Assembly: GCA_003541285.1 (NCBI GenBank)
Contig: DPMS01000234.1
Span: forward strand, 12,559-50,414
From: Actinomycetota bacterium
Lineage (GTDB): Bacteria; Actinomycetota; Actinomycetes; Streptosporangiales; Streptosporangiaceae
DNA length: 37,856 nucleotides
Direction of reading: 5' to 3'
Below the pieces are notes generated by a model, which saw only the letters and a list, made by a program, of their open reading frames with translations, was not told the DNA's origin and searched no databases. A program made the position numbers and the translations under genes. Of this stretch, positions 1 to 9,185 are shown piece by piece; within the stretch, counting starts at the first letter, position 1; every line of letters begins with the position of its first letter.

Positions 1-1
1 C

Positions 2-1597
2 CTCGACCCGCCGAACCGGCTGGTCTTTCTGCTCGACCACGAGTACACCCAGCAGGGCCTGAGCTGGAACCGGCTCAAGGGAGCTGACGCAAAGCGCGCC
101 GCGCTGCTGCGCGCCGCGGCGGAGCGTGCCGGGTGTGAGGCGGTGCTGGCGCTCTCCGAGGTGAAGGAGACGTGGGACGCCTGGCCCTCCGACGGCGAAG
201 CATGGGACGACTACGACTATTACGACGAGGAGGATGAAGACGACGAGGAGGACTATGACGGCGACGGCGTCTCCCGGGACCGGGGCGGCGACCACGATGA
301 CTACCAGCTCAATGAGCTGATCGACGATGAGATCACCCTCGGCTGGTGGACCAGCCCGGACGGCACGGGCGGCGAGCCGATATCGCTGCACGTCCCCGAC
401 TCCGAGGTGTGTGCCACCACCCCGAGCGCGGACCTGGTGCCCTACCAGTCCGAATACGAGGGCTACATGGGCAACTACGGCAACACGCTGGACCGGTGGT
501 ACCGCCGGGCCGCGGTCGTGGTGTGGCCGCTGGACCGGGCGTTCGCGGCGCGCGCCGAAGCCGGGTCGCAGCGGGCGCTGTCGGAACTGCGCACCCGCAT
601 CGAGGCTGGAGACCTGGAAGGGGCACGTGCTGGCGCGGAGTCGCTCGCGCCGTTCTGGAAAAAGATCGGATCGCAGGCCGGACTGCTGGGCACGGCGCTG
701 CATGTGGCGGCGGGCCTGGGGGCGGCCGGGACAGCGGCGATGCTGCTGGAGCCGTTCCGGGTGGAGACGGTCGCGCCGGAGCACGCGGGTGGGCTGGCAG
801 CGGCCGGACAGTACGGCGAGGAGTGGATGCGCGGGGTCGTCGCCGGGTGGTTCGGGCCGGGGCACTACCTTGAGGCGGACCGATACGAGTGGGTGGAGAG
901 GCTGCCGGGGCTGTGCGCGGGGCTGCGTGCCGCCGGGGGTCCGGGGGTGGCGCGGCTGCTGGCCGCCGGCGCCTGGGGCTGGATGGGTGATCAGCTGCGG
1001 CTCTGGACCACCACCGCGCGGACCGAGAGCCGGCAGCCGCGACTGGAGATGCTGAGCTCGCCGCTGGTGCGGCTGCTGGAGGCAGCCGACCACGAGCTGC
1101 GGGACGAGATCGTGGCGGCGCTGGGTGGGTACGGGGACAGCGTGCTGGGGTGCCTGATGCCGGCGCTGCGTTCGGCGGCTGCGCTGCCGGCGGACGCGCG
1201 GCGGGCGGCGGGGCTCGATGCGGTCGCGCGCGACTGCGGGCAGCGGCTCGGCGCGGTGATCGCCCGGCCGCTGCGTGACGAAGACGACTGGTCGATCGAA
1301 TGGGCCGGGTGCGGGTGCGACCTGTGCGACACGCTGGGGACGTTCCTCGGTTCCCGGTCGCGGCAGATCTTCGGGTGGCCACTGGCGACGGACGGGCGGC
1401 GGCACGTCCACAACCAGATCGACTCGGCCGCGCTGCCGGTTCGGCACCAGACCCGGCGGCAGGGGCGGCCATACACGCTCGTGCTGACAAAGACCGGCGA
1501 GCTGTTCACCCGCGAGCAGGAGGCGCGGGACAAGGCCGTGACCGACCTGGCGTGGCTCACGTCGGCGTGGGGTGACGGCCCGCCGGGAACGTCTTGA
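2..1597 (+). CDS. Probable 2OG-Fe(II) oxygenase-family protein, 5'-partial (C-terminal portion only)
   Basis: The frame is open from position 2 (LDPPNRLVFLLDHEYTQQGLSWNRLKGAD...) into ORF 143..1597. The motifs LLDHEYT, EYEGYMGNYGNTLDRWYRRAAVV and C-terminal DWSI..CGCDLC match my recollection of a large actinobacterial family annotated as 2OG-Fe(II) oxygenase. The oxygenase domain itself would lie upstream of the window. Confidence 0.55.
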   Translation, partial: LDPPNRLVFLLDHEYTQQGLSWNRLKGADAKRAALLRAAAERAGCEAVLALSEVKETWDAWPSDGEAWDDYDYYDEEDEDDEEDYDGDGVSRDRGGDHDDYQLNELIDDEITLGWWTSPDGTGGEPISLHVPDSEVCATTPSADLVPYQSEYEGYMGNYGNTLDRWYRRAAVVVWPLDRAFAARAEAGSQRALSELRTRIEAGDLEGARAGAESLAPFWKKIGSQAGLLGTALHVAAGLGAAGTAAMLLEPFRVETVAPEHAGGLAAAGQYGEEWMRGVVAGWFGPGHYLEADRYEWVERLPGLCAGLRAAGGPGVARLLAAGAWGWMGDQLRLWTTTARTESRQPRLEMLSSPLVRLLEAADHELRDEIVAALGGYGDSVLGCLMPALRSAAALPADARRAAGLDAVARDCGQRLGAVIARPLRDEDDWSIEWAGCGCDLCDTLGTFLGSRSRQIFGWPLATDGRRHVHNQIDSAALPVRHQTRRQGRPYTLVLTKTGELFTREQEARDKAVTDLAWLTSAWGDGPPGTS

Positions 1598-1735
1598 CGT
1601 CCTGGGCTATACGCCATTTCCTTACTGCACTTCACAGGACGCGTTCTGGCCGTGGCGGGCCGTGCCACCCAAAGACATTCTCCGGGTCGGGCTGGCGATG
1701 GTGGCTGTGCCTGCTGAGTTCTGCCGAAGCGGCGC

Positions 1736-1801
1736 CGGCCCGCCCGCGACCTGCCGGGACTGCGGCGCTTGATGGAGCGGCCGTCTCCGTTCGCCGGATG
1801 A
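1736..1801 (+). pseudogene. C-terminal remnant of a DUF1778 (TacA/AtaR-type) antitoxin
   Basis: Manual translation gives RPARDLPGLRRLMERPSPFAG*, a typical DUF1778 C-terminus. There is an in-frame TGA upstream at 1715-1717 and no start codon. Its stop overlaps the ATG of the GNAT remnant (ATGA, 1798-1801). Confidence 0.6.
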
Positions 1802-1974
1802 CGCACCCCTACCGGCCGCCTGAGCTGCTTGCTGGCCATCACGATGTGTCGGGGTTCGAGCGCCGGTCATGTGAACAGACGGACTGGCTGCGCCGGTCCG
1901 CCCGCCAGTCGGCGTCCACGGGGACGACCAGAGTGTTCGTCGTCGGCTGGCTGCTGTCCATCGGGCTCTATTGA
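1798..1974 (+). pseudogene. N-terminal remnant of a GNAT-family (TacT/AtaT-type) toxin
   Basis: MTHPYRPPELLAGHHDVSGFERRSCEQTDWLRRSARQSASTGTTRVFVV matches the N-terminus of tRNA-acetylating GNAT toxins. Similarity ends after RVFVV and no acetyl-CoA-binding motif follows. Confidence 0.65.
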
Positions 1975-2127
1975 CGCGCCCGGTTTGCCTGGGCGCGCCT
2001 GCAGGCACCAGTTCGGGTTGCTTGCGGTAGGCCGTCAGCCTGGGCGTACTGCCGGAGGGACCCGTGGTTCCGGCCAGTGAGAGGCCGCATCGTGTGGAGT
2101 GGCGGTGGCGTCGCGAGGATCGGCAGG

Positions 2128-4425
2128 ATGTCTGGTGTGACGAGCGTGCGCCAGTTCCCGCCGGGTTCCGGAGGTGAGTCGGTGCTGGAGGCGGTCCTGG
2201 AGCGGATCACCTTCGCGAATGAGGAGACCGGCTACACGATTGCCCGGGTGGCGACGGAGCGCAGCGGCCCGGACTTGCTGACGGTGGTTGGGCCGCTGCT
2301 GGGGGCGCAGGTGGGGGAGAGCCTGCGGCTGACGGGCCGGTGGACATCACATCCGCGGTATGGGCGTCAGTTCGAGGTGCGGTCGTATTCGACGGTGCTG
2401 CCCGCGACGATCCAGGGGATCCAGCGGTATCTGGGGTCTGGCCTCATTAAGGGCATCGGCCCGGTGATGGCCGAGCGGATGGTTGCCCACTTCGGCGTGG
2501 ACATCCTGCGGGTCATCGAGGAAGAGCCGCAGCGGCTGGTGGAAGTGCCCGGGGTGGGCCCGAAGCGCACCAAGCTGGTCGCTGCCGCGTGGGAGGAGCA
2601 GAAGGCCATCAAAGAGGTGATGGTCTTCCTGCAGGGCGTACGGGTTTCCACGTCGCTGGCCGTGCGGATCTACAAGAAATACAGGGATGACGCCATCAGC
2701 GTCGTCCGCCGGGAGCCTTACCGGCTGGCTGCCGATGTGTGGGGGATCGGGTTCAAGACGGCCGACACTATCGCCCAGGCGGTGGGTATCCCGCATGACA
2801 GCCCGGAGCGGATCAAGGCGGGGCTGGCCTACACCTTGTCCGAGGCGGCCGATGATGGCCACTGCTACCTGCCCGCCACGAACCTGGTCACCGGTGCGGC
2901 GAAGATCCTCGGCCTGGGCCGGGAGCTGATCGGGCCGTGCCTGGAGGAGCTGGCGGCCGCGGGAGGAGTGGTCTGCGAGAGCGTGCACCCCGGCGAGCAG
3001 GTGCCAGCGGTGTATCTGGTCCCGTTCCATCGCGCTGAACGCTCGCTGGCCTCGGGGCTGCTGGAGCTCCTGCATGCTCGCGAGGACCGGATGACCGTGT
3101 TCCAGCAGGTCGACTGGGGCCGGGCGCTGGCCTGGCTGGGCAGCCGGACCGGGACGGAACTGGCGCCGGAGCAGGAGCAGGCGGTGCGGCTGGCGCTGAC
3201 ACAGCGGGTAGCTGTGCTGACAGGCGGGCCCGGCTGCGGCAAGAGCTTCACCGTCCGCTCCATCGTCGAGCTCGCCAGGGCAAGGAAAGCGAGAATCGTG
3301 CTGGTCGCGCCCACCGGCCGGGCGGCCAAGCGACTGGCGGAGCTGACCGGCCACGAGGCTGCTACTGTCCACCGGTTGCTGCAACTGCAGCCCGGCGGGG
3401 AGGCGAAATTCGACCGGGGGAACCCGCTGGACGCCGATCTGGTCGTGGTGGACGAAGCCTCGATGGTCGACCTCATCCTCGCCAACAAGCTCGTCAAGGC
3501 CGTGCCACCCGGGGCTCACCTGCTGCTGGTCGGGGACGTGGATCAGCTTCCCTCCGTCGGTGCCGGCGAGGTGCTGCGTGACCTGCTGGCCGCCTCGGAC
3601 GTGATCCCCCGTGTGCGGCTGACCAAGATTTTCCGCCAGGCGCAGCAGTCCGGCATCGTCGTCAACGCCCACCGCGTCAACGGCGGCTCACCGCCCCGCC
3701 TGCAAGGGTTCCCGGACTTCTTCTGGTTCACCTGCGACGACAGTGAGCAGACAGCCGCCCTGACGGTCGACATCGTGGCCCGCCGCATCCCGCGCCGCTT
3801 CGGCCTCGACCCCCGCCGGGACGTGCAGGTGCTCGCCCCCATGCACCGCGGGCCCGCGGGGGCAGGCAACCTCAATGCGCTGCTGCAGGAAGAGCTCACC
3901 CCCTCCCGGGAAGGGCAGCCCGAGCGCCGATACGGCGGCCGGGTGTTCCGGGTCGGGGACAAGGTCACCCAGTTGCGCAACAACTACGACAAGGGCGCAG
4001 CCGGGGTCTTCAACGGCACCGTCGGCGTCATCACCGCGATGTCCCTGGAGGACAGCATGCTCACCGTCTTGACCGATGAAGACGAGAGCGTTGATTACGG
4101 TTTCGACGAACTCGACGAACTCGCCCACGCCTACGCCGTCACCATCCACCGTTCCCAGGGCAGCGAGTACCCGGCCGTTGTCATCCCGCTCACCACCAGC
4201 TCGTGGATGATGCTGCAGCGCAACTTGCTCTACACCGCCATCACGCGGGCTAAGAAACTGGTGATCCTCGCCGGCTCGCGCCGCGCGCTGGCCGCAGCCG
4301 TGCGCACAGCTGGCGCTGGCCGCCGCCACACCGCCCTTACCCACCGGCTGGACCGGCTGGCGACCGCGGGCTTGTCTGGTCAGCAACGCGGTGACTGGGA
4401 TGTGAAGCGCAAGCACCGGGGTTAG
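2128..4425 (+). CDS. recD2: ATP-dependent RecD-like DNA helicase (RecD2)
   Basis: N-terminal LERITFANEETGYTIARV, HhH motifs (IKGIGP, VPGVGP), Walker A GGPGCGKS, VVDEASM, LVGDVDQLPSVG, TIHRSQGSEY and LLYTAITRAK. The start is uncertain (ATG 2128 chosen; the ORF opens at 2077). Confidence 0.93.
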   Translation: MSGVTSVRQFPPGSGGESVLEAVLERITFANEETGYTIARVATERSGPDLLTVVGPLLGAQVGESLRLTGRWTSHPRYGRQFEVRSYSTVLPATIQGIQRYLGSGLIKGIGPVMAERMVAHFGVDILRVIEEEPQRLVEVPGVGPKRTKLVAAAWEEQKAIKEVMVFLQGVRVSTSLAVRIYKKYRDDAISVVRREPYRLAADVWGIGFKTADTIAQAVGIPHDSPERIKAGLAYTLSEAADDGHCYLPATNLVTGAAKILGLGRELIGPCLEELAAAGGVVCESVHPGEQVPAVYLVPFHRAERSLASGLLELLHAREDRMTVFQQVDWGRALAWLGSRTGTELAPEQEQAVRLALTQRVAVLTGGPGCGKSFTVRSIVELARARKARIVLVAPTGRAAKRLAELTGHEAATVHRLLQLQPGGEAKFDRGNPLDADLVVVDEASMVDLILANKLVKAVPPGAHLLLVGDVDQLPSVGAGEVLRDLLAASDVIPRVRLTKIFRQAQQSGIVVNAHRVNGGSPPRLQGFPDFFWFTCDDSEQTAALTVDIVARRIPRRFGLDPRRDVQVLAPMHRGPAGAGNLNALLQEELTPSREGQPERRYGGRVFRVGDKVTQLRNNYDKGAAGVFNGTVGVITAMSLEDSMLTVLTDEDESVDYGFDELDELAHAYAVTIHRSQGSEYPAVVIPLTTSSWMMLQRNLLYTAITRAKKLVILAGSRRALAAAVRTAGAGRRHTALTHRLDRLATAGLSGQQRGDWDVKRKHRG

Positions 4426-4616
4426 CCGGCGTGCCGCGCGAGTACCACGGTGGCGCCTCCCGGAGGCTGCCCCCGGGCGTTGGCCCGGGTCCGGCAAGCG
4501 TCCCGGCGCCACGAGGGCCGGGTACCCGGCGGCCGCGGGCCGACCGGATGCGGAGCTATCCGGCTGGCCCTGTGGGGTGGCATGGCCTTTGCGCCGACTC
4601 GCCGCGTTGCTTGCTG

Positions 4617-4901
4617 ACGTTCGCGGGCCGGGAGCGGGAAGCGGCGGCCTGCCGGACGTGGTGCGGCGGCAGTGGGCTACGAGACAGGCGTGGTGTGGCC
4701 GGAGTAGGAGATGGCCGGCACCCGCCGGGACGGCACCACGCACCAGATGGCCGGGGTGATCGTGTTCGGCGTCCGCGACGGGCGCTTTGCCTGGGCACGG
4801 TTCCACCTGGAGCCCGTGCAGGCCGGATCGCGGACGTCAACGAGGCAGCGCGCCAGCACGTCCGGGCCGGCGCCGGGCCCGCTCCCGGCTCCGGCCGGTG
4901 A
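4617..4901 (+). pseudogene. Degraded NTF2/SnoaL-like protein
   Basis: VVWPE*EMAGTRRDGTTHQMAGVIVFGVRDGRFAWARFHLEPV has a TAG at 4705-4707 where Trp (TGG) is expected. The likely tail ADVNEAARQHVRAG is in another frame, and no intact N-terminus is visible. Boundaries are approximate. Confidence 0.55.
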
Positions 4902-5081
4902 TCGTCGTCGCCGGGGGCCCTCGTCAGCCAGGCCGTGACCAGCCCCAGCCTGCACAGCTGAACGTGCGGCTGGCTTTGCCAGCGGGACGGTATCGGCCTG
5001 GTGTGGCCGGTGCTGGCGGGTGCACGGCTTCTTTTGCCAGGCTCGTCACGCAGGCGGCAGGGGCCCTGGCATCCTCGGGCT

Positions 5082-6377
5082 ATGGACAAGGCGCTGGTGC
5101 CCGTGCGCGACCTCACGGACTCTGATCAGAACCAGGCAGTGCTCGACGTGGCCTCCGCCCTGGCCGAGGGCCGCGCGGCGGCGGGGCATGTCGCGGGCAG
5201 CCACGGTCCGGCGGTGGCGGCCGAGGCGGTTGCTGCGGCCCGCTCGCGGCGGACGCTGGGCGAGCTCACCGGGCCGGTCCATCTGAGCGTGGTGTGGGCC
5301 ATGTACGGCGAGACGAGCCGTATGGTCCCCCGTGCAGCGCACCCGCACGGGGAGGACTTCGTACGGGCCAAGGTCCGCCAGCTCGATTGGCTGACTGGTG
5401 GCCTGCCCGGCGTCACGTGGAGCATCATCGCCTGCGACGACGGATGCCCGGACCGGCCCTCCAGCGCCGACCTCATGACCGGCATCGCGGCGGCCGAGGG
5501 CTACCCGGGGAAAGGTCACCGCAGCGTGACGGTGCTCAGGCTGGCCGAGGTGATCGGGGATGACATCCCGGTCAGCCCCGCATTCGACCGGCTGATCTCG
5601 ACCGAGCAGTCCCGCAAGGGCGGATCGATACTGGCCGGGCTGGCCGCCGCGGTCGGGACCGATCCGGTGCGGGCGAACGGCGCCGGCCGGCACATGGTCT
5701 GCTACACCGACGCGGATCTGTCCGCGAACCTGGCCCAGCTGGGCTCGCTGGCGGCGCCGGTGGTGGCCGGTGACAAGGTGGTCGGCGCGCTCGGCCAGCG
5801 TTACGGGATCGACGGGGCGGTGCTGGTCCGGGCCGACGGGCCGGTCACCGAGCCGCACAGCACCGGCGGCAAGCCGGACAAGATCATCATCCTGTTCCGC
5901 CATTTCGTCCGGGCCATGCTCATCCCGCCGCTGGCCCACGTGCTCGACACCCAGGCCGGCTTCAAGGTCTTCGACGGGGCCGCGCTCGGCCCGGCCATCC
6001 GGCAGATGACGTCCTTCAACGAGACCTTCGACGTCGAGCTGCTCATCCATCTCGCCCAGCACTACGGACCACAGGCCCTGGCAGTCGAGCCGATCGTCTT
6101 CACCGAGGACTTCGCCGCGACGAACTTCCCCTCCGTCAAGCCCGGGCCGCGCCACCTAACGATGGTTCACCAGATCGTGGAACTCTACGACCGGCTCGTC
6201 GCACCAATCGCGCCCGTCACCGGCGAGGCGGCCGGCCTGCTCACCCTGATCAGGACGCTCGACCTCGACGACTATGTCACCTTGATCGAGCACCTTCGCG
6301 CCGAGGACCGCGACGACCCGACACTGTTCGACCGGCGATGGCCCGTGCGGCACCTCCGCGACATCCTCCGCCGCTGA
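5082..6377 (+). CDS. GT-A fold (GT2-like) glycosyltransferase resembling polyprenyl-phosphate glucosyltransferases
   Basis: IIACDDGCPD, SRKGGSI, DxD motif YTDADLS, DTQAGFKVF (compare the DTQCGFK motif of Alg5-type enzymes) and FDVELL. Confidence 0.7.
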   Translation: MDKALVPVRDLTDSDQNQAVLDVASALAEGRAAAGHVAGSHGPAVAAEAVAAARSRRTLGELTGPVHLSVVWAMYGETSRMVPRAAHPHGEDFVRAKVRQLDWLTGGLPGVTWSIIACDDGCPDRPSSADLMTGIAAAEGYPGKGHRSVTVLRLAEVIGDDIPVSPAFDRLISTEQSRKGGSILAGLAAAVGTDPVRANGAGRHMVCYTDADLSANLAQLGSLAAPVVAGDKVVGALGQRYGIDGAVLVRADGPVTEPHSTGGKPDKIIILFRHFVRAMLIPPLAHVLDTQAGFKVFDGAALGPAIRQMTSFNETFDVELLIHLAQHYGPQALAVEPIVFTEDFAATNFPSVKPGPRHLTMVHQIVELYDRLVAPIAPVTGEAAGLLTLIRTLDLDDYVTLIEHLRAEDRDDPTLFDRRWPVRHLRDILRR

Positions 6378-6630
6378 CACCCGCCATGCGCATCCCCAAC
6401 GCACGGCCAGGTCCGCGCGCAGGCCAGGGCAGCGCTGGAACGCGTGAACGGCGAGAACAGTGAGCGGCACGGTCTCTGGGCGGAAGCCGACTCGCTGGCC
6501 GAAGCAGTCGGCGCACTGAACAGCATCCAGCTCTGCCGTTAGTCGCCTTCGGCATACCATCGCGGATCGCGGCAGCAGCGGGAGAGGCAGCCGCCAGACA
6601 TCACCGCAGGTCACTAGGCATCTGGTTGAC

Positions 6631-6675
6631 GGCATCCAACCTTGTATGCAGAAATGTATTGACACTTGCATCCAG
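6631..6675. promoter_or_regulatory. Candidate GntR (FadR/FCD-type) operator repeats
   Basis: Three related imperfect palindromes flank the -35 box: GGCATCCAA (6631-6639), TTGTATGCAG (6642-6651) and TTGCATCCAG (6666-6675). The operon ends in a GntR gene. Confidence 0.5.
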
Positions 6676-6688
6676 CGGTGGCGATACT
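6659..6688 (+). promoter_or_regulatory. Sigma70/HrdB-type promoter for the catabolic operon
   Basis: TTGACA (6659-6664), an 18-nt spacer and GATACT (6683-6688) in an AT-richer patch about 115 nt upstream of the permease ATG, which has a GGAGG RBS. Confidence 0.65.
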
Positions 6689-6802
6689 CCTCTCCATCGG
6701 GTGGTGCTTACCGCAGGTAGTGACCCTAACCTCGGGAGCGGAGCGACCCGTCGAGCCACGAGCTCACCTTGGTTGGATTAGGGACTCGCCTGGAGGACGC
6801 TC

Positions 6803-8293
6803 ATGGCCTCGGATACCGTCACTGCAAGTCACTCCACAAACGAACTGAAGCGCAACGCGCTCGGGCTGCCGAGCACCATGGCGATGTCACTCGCCTTCAT
6901 CTCCCCAACGATCGGCGTGCTGTTCATCTCGGCGTTGATTGCGGGCAAGGCGGGCGTGGCATCCCCGTTCACATTCATCCTCGGCACGCTGGGCATCGCG
7001 CTCATGGCATCCACGCTGGCCCAGTTCACCCGCCGGGTGACGTCAGCCGGCACGTTTTACAAGTTCATCACGCTGTCGCTGGGGCGGCAGGTGGGCTTTG
7101 TGGCCGGGATGCTGCTGATGTTCGCCTACGCGTTGCAGAGCCCGCTGAACACCAACCTGTTCGGCGGGTTCGTGAGCAGCACGCTGAAGACGGATTTTGG
7201 TTTCAGCATCCCGTGGTGGGTGCTCATGGTGGGGATCGTGGTGTTCGTCGGCGCTCTGGCATGGTATTCCGTGCACACGTCGATGCAGTTCGACATCACG
7301 TTCCTCATCGCCGAGGTCACCGTTGTGGCCGGCTTGCTGGTGCTGATCGTGTTCAAGGGCGGCGACTCAGGCCAGGCCCCGCAGGCGTTCTCACCGGCGC
7401 AGTCCGCCAACGGCCTGGGCGGCCTGGGAGAGGCGTTCGTCTTCATCATTTTCGCGTTCTTCGGCTTCGAGTCGTGTTCCACCGTCGCCGAGGAGTGCCG
7501 TAAGCCGCGCCGCAACATTCCCATCGCCCTGATCGGCTCAGTGGCCCTCACCGGCCTGTGGTTCACGCTGGCCATGTACGCCATCGTCGTCGGGTACGGG
7601 CCGGCCCACATGGGCAAACTGGCCGCGGCGACAGCACCGCTGCATGACCTCGCCGTCCGCTACATCGGGCCGTGGTATGCCAACCTGGTCGATCTCGCCG
7701 CCGTGTCGGCATTGGTCGCCGTGCTCCTCGCAATCCACACCGCGAACTTCCGGGTGCTGTATTCCCTTGGGCGGGATGGTCTGCTGCCGAGGGCACTCGG
7801 CCGTACTCACCCGCGGCACAAGACGCCGCATGTTGCGATCATCGCCTACTCGGTGGGGACCCTCATCGTCGGCCTGCTCGCCGGAGTTGGATGGGGGCCG
7901 ATGAGTGCCTTCGGTAACCTTGGCTATCTGTCCTCGCTCGGCATCCTCCCGGTATTCATCGCCACCAATGTGGCGCTCCCGGTGTTCATGCGCAAGCGCT
8001 ATCCGGCCGAGTTCTCGGTGCTGGTGCATGTGGTGTTCCCCGCCTTGTCGAGCATCACGTTCCTTGCCGCCATCTGGCTGAACATCCACCCGTGGCCGCC
8101 GCCGCCGCTCAGCTACTTCCCGTGGATCATCGTCGCGGTAATCGTGGCCGCGGCCGTCTGGGGCGCCGTCCTGAGGCGCCGCAGGTCACCGGTCCTTGAC
8201 CGGCTGGGCAAGGTGATGTTCATAGAGGCAGAGTCCACACCGCAGCGCGAGGGCACCGCAGCCATGCCAGTGCCAGCACCAGCTGAGGACTAA
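6803..8293 (+). CDS. APC-family amino acid/amine permease
   Basis: About 12 hydrophobic segments, SAGTFYKFI, FFGFESCSTVAEECRKPRRNIP and RVLYSLGRDGLLP..L..THPRHKTP. GGAGG RBS upstream. Confidence 0.92.
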   Translation: MASDTVTASHSTNELKRNALGLPSTMAMSLAFISPTIGVLFISALIAGKAGVASPFTFILGTLGIALMASTLAQFTRRVTSAGTFYKFITLSLGRQVGFVAGMLLMFAYALQSPLNTNLFGGFVSSTLKTDFGFSIPWWVLMVGIVVFVGALAWYSVHTSMQFDITFLIAEVTVVAGLLVLIVFKGGDSGQAPQAFSPAQSANGLGGLGEAFVFIIFAFFGFESCSTVAEECRKPRRNIPIALIGSVALTGLWFTLAMYAIVVGYGPAHMGKLAAATAPLHDLAVRYIGPWYANLVDLAAVSALVAVLLAIHTANFRVLYSLGRDGLLPRALGRTHPRHKTPHVAIIAYSVGTLIVGLLAGVGWGPMSAFGNLGYLSSLGILPVFIATNVALPVFMRKRYPAEFSVLVHVVFPALSSITFLAAIWLNIHPWPPPPLSYFPWIIVAVIVAAAVWGAVLRRRRSPVLDRLGKVMFIEAESTPQREGTAAMPVPAPAED

Positions 8294-8344
8294 CTGCCGC
8301 GCAGGCGATCCAGGAGCGCACGACGACCCACAAGGAGACCTGAT

Positions 8345-9106
8345 ATGGGCAGGCTTGACAACAAGACCGCGCTGATCACCGGAGGAGCATCCGGCATCGG
8401 CCGGGCAATCGCCCAGCTGTTCCTCGAACAGGGAGCACGAGTAGTCGTCAGCGACATCAACGCTGGTGCGCTCGATACCGCGGTGAAGGAGCTCGCTGAA
8501 TCCGGCGTGGTGTCCGGCGTTGCCGGCGACGTGAGGTCCATGGCCGACGCTGGGGAGATGGTGCAGGCCGCCATCGATCACTACGGCTCGCTCGACGTCC
8601 TTGTCTGCAACGCCGGCATCACCAGCGTCATGCCTATTGAAGAACTCGGCGAGGACGAGTGGGACAGCGTGCTCACGACCAACGTCAAGGGCATGTTCAC
8701 GCTGGTGAAGCATGCCGTGCCGCGCATGAAGGCCCAGGGCGGCGGGACGATCGTGACCCTCGGCTCGGAGATGGGCATGGTGGCGGTGCCGGAGTCACCG
8801 GCGTACAACGCGAGCAAGGGCGCGGTCATCATGTTCACCAAGTCGATCGCGATCGACCTGATCCGGTACAACATCCGGGTCAACTCCCTGTGCCCCGGGA
8901 TCACCCGCACCCCGCTCCTGCAGGCTGAGGTGGACAACAGCCTGGACCCGGGGAAAACGGCGGCCGAGCAGGCCGCGTGGGCACCCATCCGGCGGGTGGC
9001 CGATCCGCGCGAGATCGCGCAGGGCGCGCTGTTCCTGGCCAGTGAAGAGAGTTCGTTCGCCGTGGGCAGCTGCCTCGTGCTTGACGGGGGGTTCACGGCC
9101 AGATAG
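8345..9106 (+). CDS. SDR-family NAD(P)-dependent oxidoreductase
   Basis: TGGASGIG, CNAG, catalytic YNASK, IRVNSLCPG and C-terminal LDGG. AAGGAG RBS. Confidence 0.95.
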   Translation: MGRLDNKTALITGGASGIGRAIAQLFLEQGARVVVSDINAGALDTAVKELAESGVVSGVAGDVRSMADAGEMVQAAIDHYGSLDVLVCNAGITSVMPIEELGEDEWDSVLTTNVKGMFTLVKHAVPRMKAQGGGTIVTLGSEMGMVAVPESPAYNASKGAVIMFTKSIAIDLIRYNIRVNSLCPGITRTPLLQAEVDNSLDPGKTAAEQAAWAPIRRVADPREIAQGALFLASEESSFAVGSCLVLDGGFTAR

Positions 9107-9185
9107 CCACCTGGGCTACGTGCCCACAGCGCGCTCGTGCGTGTGACCGCGCATACCAGACGAGAACCTGAGGAGTCGGACAGTA

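Noticed and set aside
200..270. GAC/GAG-rich quasi-repeat
   Set aside because: It encodes an Asp/Glu-rich linker within the first CDS and is not a DNA repeat element.
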